From positions 372,001 through 436,000 of the forward strand of contig CBFDEM010000052.1 of NCBI GenBank assembly GCA_965603825.1: DNA of 64,000 nucleotides, read 5' to 3'. Below, in pieces: positions 12,210 through 23,091 of the stretch. Below the pieces are notes generated by a model. That model was not told the DNA's origin and ran no database searches. It saw only the letters and a list, made by a program, of their open reading frames with translations. The position numbers and the translations under genes are program-made. Every line of letters begins with the position of its first letter. Position 1 is the first letter of the stretch. The stretch is from Blepharisma stoltei ATCC 30299 (lineage: Eukaryota > Protista > Ciliophora).

Positions 12210-12833
12210 ATGTCCTCTGCTGATTTACAGCAATACTTAAAAGAAACTCGTGAAAACCGACGACATCTTATCCAGCTTGCCAAAGACTATCTTAACTCAG
12301 AAGATAGCAAACTCTCTGATAGGAAACATAAATCAAAGCACCGCAGAAATAAATACAAAGATCATATATTTCCTTCTCTGAAAAATCTAAATAGCCACAA
12401 AACACAGTTTTCTGAAATTTCAGTGATAAAAGAAGTATCAAAATCAAGCACACCTGCGAATAGTCGATCTTTTATAGAGAAATCATTTATTACGCCAAAA
12501 TTAAAAGAAAAGTATGAAATTATGGATTCAATATATTCAAAGAGACTCAAACGAAGAAATTCGAATTATTTATTTCCAACTCCTGATAATAGAAACAAAA
12601 TAATAGCGATACCTGAAAAAATTATCAAAAATAAATCAAATTCGCCCTCAGAAAGTATAAGCCAAGGCTGTCACTCACACAGATCTCTCACCCCAGAGCT
12701 TGAGCAGAATTTAAAAAATGCAAAATCAGATCCATTCTTATGCATTCAGCGAAGAAAAATTCATATAAAAGAAAAACTGTTACTTAAGTCCCCATCAAAC
12801 TTATCTTACATTAATTATTATAAATTGTTATAA
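12210..12833 (+). CDS. Hypothetical basic low-complexity protein, 207 aa
   Basis: ATG-TAA ORF in an AT-rich context. Confidence 0.6.
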   Translation: MSSADLQQYLKETRENRRHLIQLAKDYLNSEDSKLSDRKHKSKHRRNKYKDHIFPSLKNLNSHKTQFSEISVIKEVSKSSTPANSRSFIEKSFITPKLKEKYEIMDSIYSKRLKRRNSNYLFPTPDNRNKIIAIPEKIIKNKSNSPSESISQGCHSHRSLTPELEQNLKNAKSDPFLCIQRRKIHIKEKLLLKSPSNLSYINYYKLL

Positions 12834-14831
12834 GTAGCTAACAATTTCTCTAAACATTCCATCAGGAATCTTATTAATCCAAGAATTTCTTGATTTAAGC
12901 CTGACGTATAAAATTCCTCTTCTTCTAATTAAATATCCTAATCTGGTAACAAAAAATTCGCATTTTGTTTGTGAATGGCACATAGAAACAGCGACATGGA
13001 GTGCTTTTCGACTGATTTCTATATCGTTTATAGCAACCCCAAAGTATTTCCCATTTATAAGAAATTTAATTTTTCCTTTTGCTGTGTCAACGAGTAACCC
13101 CACAATTCCTCCTTTACCAGAATATTGCAATTGAGGGAAGTTAAAAGATCGTGCATTCATTTTATGGTTGATAAAAATTCCTCAACTATTTTCTTCATCA
13201 GAAAAAAGAAATCTCATAGAGCCTAAGGGCTTTTCTTCTATAATGCCTATCTCAACTTCATAATTTAAGCTAGCTAAATTTGTGTGAAAAATCTCTATAT
13301 AGCTTGTAGAGTTTAAGGGTAAAGCTTGTTCAGAAATAAGTGTGATTACATTTATATTGGTTTTAAGCATGGCAGATTTCGCATTATTTTCTATTTTAAA
13401 ATTGCTGAGAATTTCATCATTGATTTTTCATTTTAATTCAGGGGTGCAGCAGGATTCTTTAATTATATTGTCGAAATAAAATCGTGATATCATTTCTGGG
13501 CCTTTAACAAACCTATCATTCAGCAACAAATTGCTATACTCTGTATTCGACGGTTCATCTATATCTAACAATCCTTGATAATTTTTTATAAATTTGAACG
13601 AAAGAGCTGTTAAAATTAACAAAGGTAGAGATAAACAAAAGAAAATGCTAATAACCACATCATAAAATTCTTTCTGTTTATCTGTATTTTCGACTCATAT
13701 TATAATCAGAAAAGATAGCCCAGTCAAAACGTTTTGATTGATAAGGAGGTATCCGTTTATTTTCCTGATCACTCTAACATGTAAAGCAGCATTTCACATA
13801 AAAGACACATATAAAGAGTACCCAACTCCTAAAATGAAAATATCAATTACAGCTAAATAAAGCATTTTCAACCAAGATGCCAAAGCAAAAATAAGAATAG
13901 ACAAACTAATTATAATAATTGAAAATAAAAGCACTAATTTTCTATTTGAGCCAGAAGAATTTCATTTATCAAAAAAGGGGACTAAAATTGCGATAATAAT
14001 ATGGAATGTGCAAATTATAGATCCGGATTCTATATTTGATATTTCAAAAGTATATTGAAAATATCCATTAGAAATATTTATAAACATAAATACCGTTGCA
14101 TAGATCAAATAGAAAGCAACCTTAAAAGTCGAGTACTCTCGATTATTCATTCTAAATAGCTCTTTTCTAACTCTATAGACAGGAGACATTGATTTAATTG
14201 AATAGTCGCATAGCATGTCATCTCTTTTCATGTCATATTTGAATAACTTGCAGCCAAAAATTAATCCAGCAGAGCAAATGATAAGAGCAATGCTTAAAGA
14301 AGGGACTAAACCGACTGAGTTAGAAATTATGGGCAAGATGATATAACTTAATGAATTTCCCATCCCAAAATTCATAAAAAATACAAGTCACTTTCTTCTT
14401 TCTTTAAATCATAGTAAAACAAGGGTTAGAACTGCCTGATATTGCACTTGATAAAACATACCAATAATAAGTCTACCAATAATGCAAACTCAAATAATTT
14501 GATTATGGAGTCCGATAGCGACTATATATTGTCCAAAAATAATCCCAGTTGTAAACATAATAATGCTTTTCCTCAATCCAAATACATCAGTAATAATCCC
14601 TCCAAACATATTTGAAAACGCAATCCCATAATAAGTATAAACGTAAAAATAAATATAAGTCAAAGCACTCATTTTGCATTCTTCCATAATCTCAACTTGT
14701 AACGCAGACGGCAAATCATAAATAAAGCTCGAACAAGCCAATAAAAGCACTACAAAAATGAAAAACTTAATCTTTTCTTTTCTGCTGCAAGGATCTTCGT
14801 CCTCGATTTCTAATAAAGGCCTTCTTTCCAT
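12828..14831 (-). CDS. MFS (MFSD1-like) transporter fused to a C-terminal SPRY/B30.2-like domain, about 667 aa
   Basis: Five tracked ORFs (14490-14849, 13962-14375, 13428-13658, 13182-13370, 12828-13160) share one frame, and the gaps contain only TGA, no TAA/TAG (read manually). MFS motifs FGGIITDVFGLRKS, GRLIIG, WFK; SPRY-like SWG..GGIVGLLVDTAKGKIKFLINGKYFGVA. Confidence 0.7.
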
Positions 14832-14884
14832 ATTAATTATTATCACCAACTAATTAAATGATTTTTAATTAAGCCTCCCACAAA

Positions 14885-16249
14885 CTATTGTTGAATGAAA
14901 GGCCTCAGGGGCTGCTCCAAATCTAATGGCTCGCCTGTAATTCTATGATATAAATCAAGAACATCCTCGCATGCACTTTCAAAGTGAGAAGTTGCGTCAT
15001 AGCTTTTTGAGACAAAAATATTATCAGCTCTTCCGTCATCGACTGGCTCATAAGTGTCATAGACTCTTATAAAAGTCTCTAGAACTTGTCCTAATAAATC
15101 AAAGGCAATTTGAAGCTCACCTTCTGGAGAATCAGTTTCTACTTGGGTGCTACAAATGGCGATATAATAGCCTTCAGCGCAGACAAAGTGAGCGTAGCTG
15201 ACACAGCTTATATAAATATCGTTATGTCTGCCTGTTTGACGTTGAGGAATTATAATTTGGCATGAAGCTGCATCACCTGTATTAGGAATTGGGTGATTTA
15301 AAATACAGATTGCTCTGACTACTCTTCCAGTTGGTCTTACTTTCCCAATATTTAGCACATAAGTCGGCTCGCATAGCACAATTGGAGCTCTTGCAACTTC
15401 GTCGCCACTTCTAACACCTACCACTTTTCCTTCTTCTCCAATAATAATTTCATCAATTTCTTTATTCAGCATATAAGTTCCTCCATAAATGGCAGAAAGT
15501 CTAGAAAATCCCTCAGCTATTCCTCCTATACCATAAACAGGGTAAAGGAATGGGGAATCTCCATATAGTCCAGCACTGTCCATATAAAGTTTAATTTTTA
15601 GCATAACTTCATGGCTTGGTATTTCTAAGAACTCATCACTAGTGTATAAAGCAACAGCATGACCAATAAAATCAATTGTATTCTGTTCCAAGCCAAAATT
15701 AGCAATAAGATCTTTGAATGGCAAGGTTCTTAGTTGGAGGCCTTTATGAGTTTCTACGTTTTCAGGGTCGTAGTTCTGAATGAATTTAAATAGCTTTTTG
15801 CATCTTTTCTTTTCAAAAAGTCCCATTAGGTCGCTTTTTAAGGCTTCAGAATCATTCCCAGGGACTTTGTAGATTTTTGGCCTAGATTTGCTGAAAATTC
15901 CTCCAGAACTGGTCTGCATAACAAAAGAGCCATCAAGGGATTTCCATTCAAGATTATTGGCAACTGATTCAGTGTGAAGGATAAATTTGACTAGCTTCCC
16001 ATTAGCCATTGTGAACTTAGGGATTAAGTCAATGTTCCAATCACGGTTTTCTCCAAGGTGAGCTGGAGGTTCAACACCTGGACAAAATGAGTTGTAGAGA
16101 TTGGATAAATTGAGGGAAGCTGTAAAACTTCCGTAAAAACCATTTTTATCTAAATGCAAGACCTTTCTGCCTTGTGCGGAGAATAATCCTGCAAGAATGC
16201 ACTCAGTTAGCCCAGTGCCTAGAACTATTACATCATATACTTCTTCCAT
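14885..16249 (-). CDS. GDI1: Rab GDP-dissociation inhibitor
   Basis: YDVIVLGTGLTECIL, RDWNIDLIPKF, SPFLYPVYG, FSRLSAIYGGTYML, SYDATSHFE. Confidence 0.97.
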   Translation of the reverse strand: MEEVYDVIVLGTGLTECILAGLFSAQGRKVLHLDKNGFYGSFTASLNLSNLYNSFCPGVEPPAHLGENRDWNIDLIPKFTMANGKLVKFILHTESVANNLEWKSLDGSFVMQTSSGGIFSKSRPKIYKVPGNDSEALKSDLMGLFEKKRCKKLFKFIQNYDPENVETHKGLQLRTLPFKDLIANFGLEQNTIDFIGHAVALYTSDEFLEIPSHEVMLKIKLYMDSAGLYGDSPFLYPVYGIGGIAEGFSRLSAIYGGTYMLNKEIDEIIIGEEGKVVGVRSGDEVARAPIVLCEPTYVLNIGKVRPTGRVVRAICILNHPIPNTGDAASCQIIIPQRQTGRHNDIYISCVSYAHFVCAEGYYIAICSTQVETDSPEGELQIAFDLLGQVLETFIRVYDTYEPVDDGRADNIFVSKSYDATSHFESACEDVLDLYHRITGEPLDLEQPLRPFIQQ

Positions 16250-16498
16250 TTATAATTGGCGAAGCAGCCCTTTTAATATCACGATTTTGTTCTACCAAAG
16301 TAAATATGAAAAATATTTTAATCTCCCTAAATTCTGATAAATCCTCTAATTTACTTTTAAATCCATAAAAATGTTAGTTAATAAAAAAAATGCTTTGCTT
16401 TTTCTGATCTGTCTTTGCATTATCTTTATTAGTCTGTCTTTGTTTTAGAACTCATTCTTTTTATTACATATCCAATAAATTAAAAAGATAAAATTAAA

Positions 16499-17929
16499 AT
16501 GGGTTGCTGTATAAGTAAACCAGGCCGAACCCAATCTATACATATTTCAATACCTCAATCCAGGGGGCCTACACAAGAGATTCCTGAACTTCCTCGCTCA
16601 AGTACCCTTCCTCACCGTGCAAGAGCAAACGAAAATCCTACATATTTTATATGTCCATATTGCCTTGGAGAGTTTCGTGAATCAATAACTCTTCAAGGGT
16701 TCACCGACCACTTACTTTTCTGTATAAGAAACGGTCCAATTTCAAATTCAGCGCCGAAAAAACAGTTCTCTCACCTTTCGAAAGAATCGCCTTATATTAC
16801 CAAGATTGAATGGTTCCGTGACCAAATAAATGGGATCAGAATTCCATGGCAATCTGAGTCTATGAAACTAATAATACAAAGAGATAATTTCTTGATAACG
16901 TCAATGGCTCATTTGCTTACATATACAATCCAAGATCTGCATAAAGAATTCCAGATTACTTTTGAGGGTGAATTAGGGATGGATGCTGGCGGGGTTCTTA
17001 GAGAATGATTGACATTACTGATGAAAACTTTGTTTTCAACTGACCATGGTCTATTTCAGTTTACTAACTCAAAGTGCTTGAGTTATACTTTTCCTGACGT
17101 GATCGATAAAGCAAGAAGTGACGAATATGTTTTTATGGGGAAATTAATGGGAAAAGCTCTGTTCGAAAATATCCCAATTAATTGTCAGCTGTCAAGAATA
17201 ATTTTCAAACACATTGTTGAAGAAGAAATTGTGTTAGGAGACCTAACTTTTGTAGACGAGGATCTATACAGGTCTTTGATTTTTATAAGAGAAAATCCTA
17301 TTGAAGACGTATTTTTTGAAACTTTTCAAGTCCAAAAACCAAAGGATAAGTTCATTCTCAAAGAAGGTGGAGAAAATGAAAAAGTTACTGAAGAAAGCAA
17401 GCAGGAATATATAGACCTGCGATTTCGATTTGAAACCCAAGATTTAATTAAACAAGGCTTAGAACTAATAATGCAAGGCTTCTATTCAGTTATTCCAAAG
17501 CCTTTGATAATATTTTTCACAGCCGAAGAGTTAGAGCTTGCTTTGTGTGGGCTTCCTTATATTGATATCCAGGATTGACAAGAGTTTACAGAATACCGTG
17601 ATGAGTTTTCAGTAAATCATCAAGATGTCAAATGATTTTGGGAAATCATAGAAAGCTTTACTCAAGAGCAGCTTTCTGATTTATTAATGTTCGTCACTGG
17701 AACCCCTAGACTCCCAGTTGAAGGTTTTTCTTCTCTTAGAACTATAAGAGGAGATGCTGCAAGATTTACGCTTGAGCCAATGAATTATGAAGAAAATAAA
17801 CTGACGCTACCAAGAGCTCACACTTGTTTTAATAGGCTTGATCTGCCAAGATATCCATCCAAAGAAATTATGGAAAAAGGACTGCTTTATGTGCTGAATA
17901 ACCATGCTCTTGGTTTCGGAAATGAGTAA
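16499..17929 (+). CDS. HECT E3 ubiquitin ligase with MGCC N-terminus and a small zinc finger, 476 aa
   Basis: FEGELGMDAGGVLRE-W(TGA 17006), IQD-W(TGA 17576), K-W(TGA 17633)-FWE, FVTGTPRLP, catalytic LPRAHTCFNRLDLP. Confidence 0.93.
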
Positions 17930-17970
17930 TAATTTATAATATTTTAATACATTTTTGGCAATTATTTATA

Positions 17971-18711
17971 TTAAAGCAGCCTCTTAAGCCTTGACGGTGA
18001 AAAATGCCTCTTCACTCTAGGCAAAAAATGTTTTTCTGAAAAAGCTGGTGGGAGTATAGTAGGAGTCACAAGATCTAAGCTTGTTAAATGCAGTTTAGTT
18101 TCAGAGCTGTCTAAATCAGTAGGTTTTTTCTTTAGTTTAGAATACACAGACCACCTGGTTAAACTTACTAATGATTTTTGTGATAAATCTGCAGTATCGT
18201 TTAACCTGATCTCACTTGACTGTTCTGCATCTGATAAATCTCTGTTATTGTTTGGTAATTTCGGTTTTATTGTTGTAAGGTGCTTTAGTAGAGGACTTGT
18301 AGATCTTGTGCGGGATTGTGGGGTAATATCGTTATATGAGAAATATTGCTGATGAAGCTCATTTGAAATTTTATAGGTTTTGAGATTTGGCTTGGAAATT
18401 GTAGAGGAAATGTTTGGAAGAGGTGTTAAAGCTTTTGAAGAAGATGGGGAGTTTTTGTCAGGAGAAAGGGAGAGTGGAAAGCCTAGACCTAGAAATGGGG
18501 ACTGCGGAGGTTTCTCAGGAGATGGAGTTTTAGATGGCTCAGAAGTTTTGAATTTTGGGTTTGGAGATTTGGAATTTGATGTGAGTCCAATTAAATCGTT
18601 AATGCATTTTCTTTGCAGATCTGCCTTTAATGGAGATGGCTTTTCTTTATGAGTGTTATAAGAGCTCTGATTAAGATACGAGGTTTTAACACTCAACTTT
18701 TTATTGATCAT
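17971..18711 (-). CDS. Hypothetical Ser/Pro-rich protein, 246 aa
   Basis: ATG-TAA ORF with disordered-type composition. Confidence 0.65.
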   Translation of the reverse strand: MINKKLSVKTSYLNQSSYNTHKEKPSPLKADLQRKCINDLIGLTSNSKSPNPKFKTSEPSKTPSPEKPPQSPFLGLGFPLSLSPDKNSPSSSKALTPLPNISSTISKPNLKTYKISNELHQQYFSYNDITPQSRTRSTSPLLKHLTTIKPKLPNNNRDLSDAEQSSEIRLNDTADLSQKSLVSLTRWSVYSKLKKKPTDLDSSETKLHLTSLDLVTPTILPPAFSEKHFLPRVKRHFSPSRLKRLL

Positions 18712-19053
18712 TATAATTTTTTCATTTTTTATGATATCATGCTCTTTGGATTATAATTAAAAAAGTTGTAAGTTTGCAAGTGAATACTTTTAATTACCAT
18801 AAATACTCTTTTTTATAAATAAATCAAATTAGTGTCAATAATAACTGCATCGAATATTTATTATCAAAAAATGAATTTATAATTATTACTGCATCAGCTT
18901 AAATGCTTTATATTTTTATTAAAAAAAATAGTATTGATAATTTTTCAAATTAAAAAAATTAAATTCTAATGAATCATATGCTGATTTAATATAAAAATTT
19001 GTAGAGTTTGTAAACCCATTTTAATTACAAGTATCCTATTGAAAACTATTAAT

Positions 19054-20598
19054 ATGGTTGAGGCTTCTGATACACCACTTCAAAAACTTTCTCTTAGCAT
19101 AAAAGCGAGAGATTTAAAGCGAATTGACACTCTCTCACAAACAAGTGCTCTTTGCAAAGTATATTTAATAGGCCCTTCAGGCGATTCTATAATTGAGCAA
19201 GGCTCTACAGAAATCTGCCCAGACAGCCAAAACCCTGATTGGACTCAATTTATCGAAGTTCCCTTTATTTTTGAGAGTCCTCAGCAACTAAAGTTTACAA
19301 TTTATAACAAAAGCGACGATAATCTGCATGAAGTTGGATCAGCCACTGTCCCTATATCATGCTTAGCAGGTAATAAAACAATCAACATCGACCTTGAGCA
19401 AGGGGATGAGCCAAAAGGACTTTTAATGGTGATTAGCGAGGAGGTGAAGAGCACTGGAGAGTATTACACCCTGCAATTCGGCTTGCATGATTTAGCAGAA
19501 ATTAATACACCCTTTAGAAGTCTTTATATCTCATTAATGAGACTGAGACCAGGGAAAGATTACATAAGAGCATATAGAAGTGAGCTTTTAGAATACAGTG
19601 AAAATATCGTATGGAGTCCTTTTACCATAAGGTCTCAGCATTTATGCGGAAATCAAGAAAGGTCGCCCTTGAAGATAGAAGTTATCAATTATTCCCCTGA
19701 CACAAAGAGAAGTCAAATTATTGGCTCAGGGTTTACAAATCTAGTTGATTTAAGAAGTGGAAAATCAGTTGTGCTAAATAATAACAACGTAAAAGCAGGT
19801 GTTGCTGATATTGTTGCGTGTCAGTCATTTGTAAAAAGTGACTCAACAAGCACATTTTTGGATTATTTAAGGGCAGGCACACAAGTAAATGTTGTAGTGG
19901 CTATTGATTTCACAGCTTCAAATGGGAAGGCAACAAATCCTAGAAGCCTTCATTATATAAACCCAACTAAGCCAAATGAATATGAGCAAGCAATTCGATC
20001 AGTCTGCTCTATATTAGAAAATTATGACAGTGACAAAAATTACCCTGTTTTTGGCTTTGGAGGGATTTTTGATGATTCTGGGGAGCCTAATCATTGTTTC
20101 CCATTAAATAAGCGTCCAGAAAACCCAGAAGTGCATGGTGTGGATGGGATTATTGAAGTCTACCAAAATATATTGAAAACTTGTTATCTAAATGCTCCAA
20201 CTAACATGGAGCCAGTCATAAGAAAGGTCAAAGAAATTGCTGAAAGAAAATCTCCACTTGAAGCTTACTGAATTTTATTAATTTTGACTGATGGAGATAT
20301 ATCAGATTTAGACGAGACCAAAGCAGCAATAATTGATGCCTCAGTTTTGCCTTTAAGCATTATTATTGTAGGGGTCGGAGGAGCAGAATTTCAAAGTATG
20401 ATTGAGCTTGATGGAGACCAAATACCATTGACGGATTCTGAAGGGAGGGTAACAAAGCGAGATATCGTCCAGTTTTTACCTTTCAGACAATTCAAAGATA
20501 ACCCAGAAGAGCTTGCCAGAGAAGTCTTATATGAAGTCCCTGCACAAATTGAGAGCTTTATGGATGAGAATGGGCTTCTGCCAAAATCTGAAAGCTAA
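19054..20598 (+). CDS. Copine (C2-C2-vWA), 514 aa
   Basis: Two C2 domains, TFLDYL..G.QVNVVVAIDFTASNG, SLHYI, YDSDKNYPVFGFGG, Y-W(TGA 20269)-ILLILTDGDISD, LPLSIIIVGVG, RDIVQFLPF. Confidence 0.93.
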
Positions 20599-20662
20599 AT
20601 CAATGAAATAAAGCAAAAGTAATGGTTAATACTCAAATAATTTTCAAAAAATATTTTTATAA

Positions 20663-21925
20663 TTATAGAAGATAAGGAATGAGATATTTATTAACTTCTT
20701 CATGAGTCATATTGCAATGCTCTGAGTCAATAGTGGTCCTAACAATTTTCCCTTGGGAATCCATTGTCTTAGCTCCCAGATAATTATTAACATAGTTCAA
20801 TGTTTCATTATAAGGCTGCATTATTTCAGAATCAATAGCAAAATACCCAAATATTTCACTTTCTTTTGGAATCACAGTTGCATCTTTCGAAAAGTAAATC
20901 TGTACAAAATAGCCTAGGGCTAAATACAGATCAGTATATTCTTTCTTGATTTTTCTTTCATTATTCAAGTCAGCTAAAAAGCTGCTTTCTTTAAGATATG
21001 TTTCATATTGGTATTGATCTTTAAAGTAGCCTCCAGGTCCAAGAGCTTGAAAAGCAGCGGAATATGCTCCAAGTATGGCTGCTTTATTATAAAGATAGCA
21101 CTTAATTCCAACTTCACAGTTTGGGAATTTATTTATTCCCATATTAGGAGAGCCAATTGTTATTAAATTGTTGACTTTAAGCCCAGCACATTTCTGAAGA
21201 ACTCCTCTAGCTATTATCCCACCTTGTGAAATTCCAATTAAATTAAATTTTCCTTTATAATGATAGTCCGCCTTAATTTTGGTGCAAGCTTCATTAGTTT
21301 GGTCAGTCATTGACATAAAAATGCTTGATGATGCGCCATCACCTATTTCAATACATCTTATATAAACCCCTAATTGCTTTCTTAAATAATTTTCTCATTC
21401 TTTATAGCTTTCATCTTTGCAAGCTCCGTTGATTCCATGAAAATAAGCGATAGGAAGAGGAGCTTTTGCAGCTTTTATATAGATAGATACATCAGATGGG
21501 TTATAGGAAAATTTAAAAGCGTAGGGAGAAGCCATTCTAATGTACTGTGAAAGCCAGCTGCCAAGGCTTTTGCCAAAATTAGTTATATTTGACGAAACCG
21601 GGAACTGGTTTTTAGCTTTTGCTTCCTCAAATCGTTTGTAAGTGCGGGCCATCATATTTTCAGACGTTTTTAGGTTTTTCAGTGGCTTTAATGCTTCTTG
21701 GAATTTGCAATATATAGACATTTCAGTTAAATCTTGTATAAGGTTGTTCCAATCAATAGAAAATTTTTTATCTTGAGTAACTAAAGTTCTGGAGTAAAGG
21801 CAATTTTCTGCATCAAGCTTTGATATTAAATCAGCTCCTTCTAAGATGCCTGTCAGAAATTGGTTGTAAAGGGTTTTCTCTAAAAATGCTAGTGATCAAA
21901 CAGTGAGAAAAATTAGCGCTTTCAT
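20663..21925 (-). CDS. PPT1: Palmitoyl-protein thioesterase 1-like with an N-terminal extension, 420 aa
   Basis: ATG 21925 with a signal peptide (contains a TGA-Trp); PIAYFHGIN, CIEIGDG, GISQGG nucleophile, FLADLNNER, DATVIPKES, catalytic His. Joined across TGA 21395. Confidence 0.85.
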
Positions 21926-22137
21926 TTTCTTTGTCTGATTATTGATTATGTGCCTGCTAAATAGGGAGAAATCAACACTTTAAATAAAAAATACCTGATA
22001 ATCTTTCAATATCCTAAACACCTTTGCAATCTTATTTATTCTTTATTTATAAATATCGCCAACTAAGTCCAATTTTCTCTTTCTTAATAAATCTTAAAAT
22101 AATACAAATTTTAATATAATTTTCATTTTTATTCAAA

Positions 22138-22842
22138 ATGAGAAGTGAGTCATTTGATTATTTTCAATATATGAAGCCTATGATATCAAGCATAGGCTAC
22201 ATTCAAGACAAAAAGAATGAATATTTAAAAAAAGCGCTACTCCCAAGATCATCAAGACCATGCTCAAAACAAATGCATTATAAAGAAAGAATTCCAGTAG
22301 AAATCCGAATTCAACGGGCATTTGAAAAAGCTTCAGAATTCTCTCAAAATAATTTAAGCCAGAAACAAATATTGAGAAAAGGCAGTTTTGCTTTTTTAGT
22401 TAAAGAAAGAAGCGAATTTGTTAAGAGCAGTGACTCGCCACCTCCTATAGGAAGATACACCCCAAATAATGAATTTCTTATGAAAAAATCACCAGAAGTT
22501 ATATTTGGGAAAGCAAAATTACCATGAGAAATTGAAAATGAAAGAAAAATTCGAGCTAAAAGCTGCGATATTTCGGTAGAATCTACATATATATTTGAAA
22601 ATGAGAAAAAGAAAATTAAAGGTATACCGTTCGACAAACAAATAAGCAGAAAATCACTATTAAATAATAGTTCATATGAAAAAATATCTTTAACAAGATA
22701 TTCGAGTAAGTGCTTACGGCCTTCTGATAGGATAAATAAAATAGAAAGTATTATCAATAAGAAGGTATTTAAAAAACGAAGTGAAAATAGCCCAAATCTG
22801 TCGTTTATTAAACGTCAGTCTAAAAGTTTTATGATTCTCTAA
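22138..22842 (+). CDS. Hypothetical protein with one STPG/SHIPPO-like PPIGRY motif, 234 aa
   Basis: ORF continues past TGA 22525 to TAA 22840-22842. Confidence 0.6.
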
Positions 22843-23091
22843 AGATGAGAGTTTTGTAAAATATTTAAATTTTTACAAACAAAATAAGCATTTTTTATTG
22901 AATATTACTCAGCTTAGTAGTTTTCGTTTCACATCTATTTATTAATCAATTTGACTTTAATAACAAAAATAAAGAGAATTATTAATGGCCTATTAATTTA
23001 AATTTATAAATGTTTTTATCAAATTAATTTAATAAAAGCTTTACATTTATAATCTCAAATTTTAAAATAATTACTTTGAATTAACGATTTT

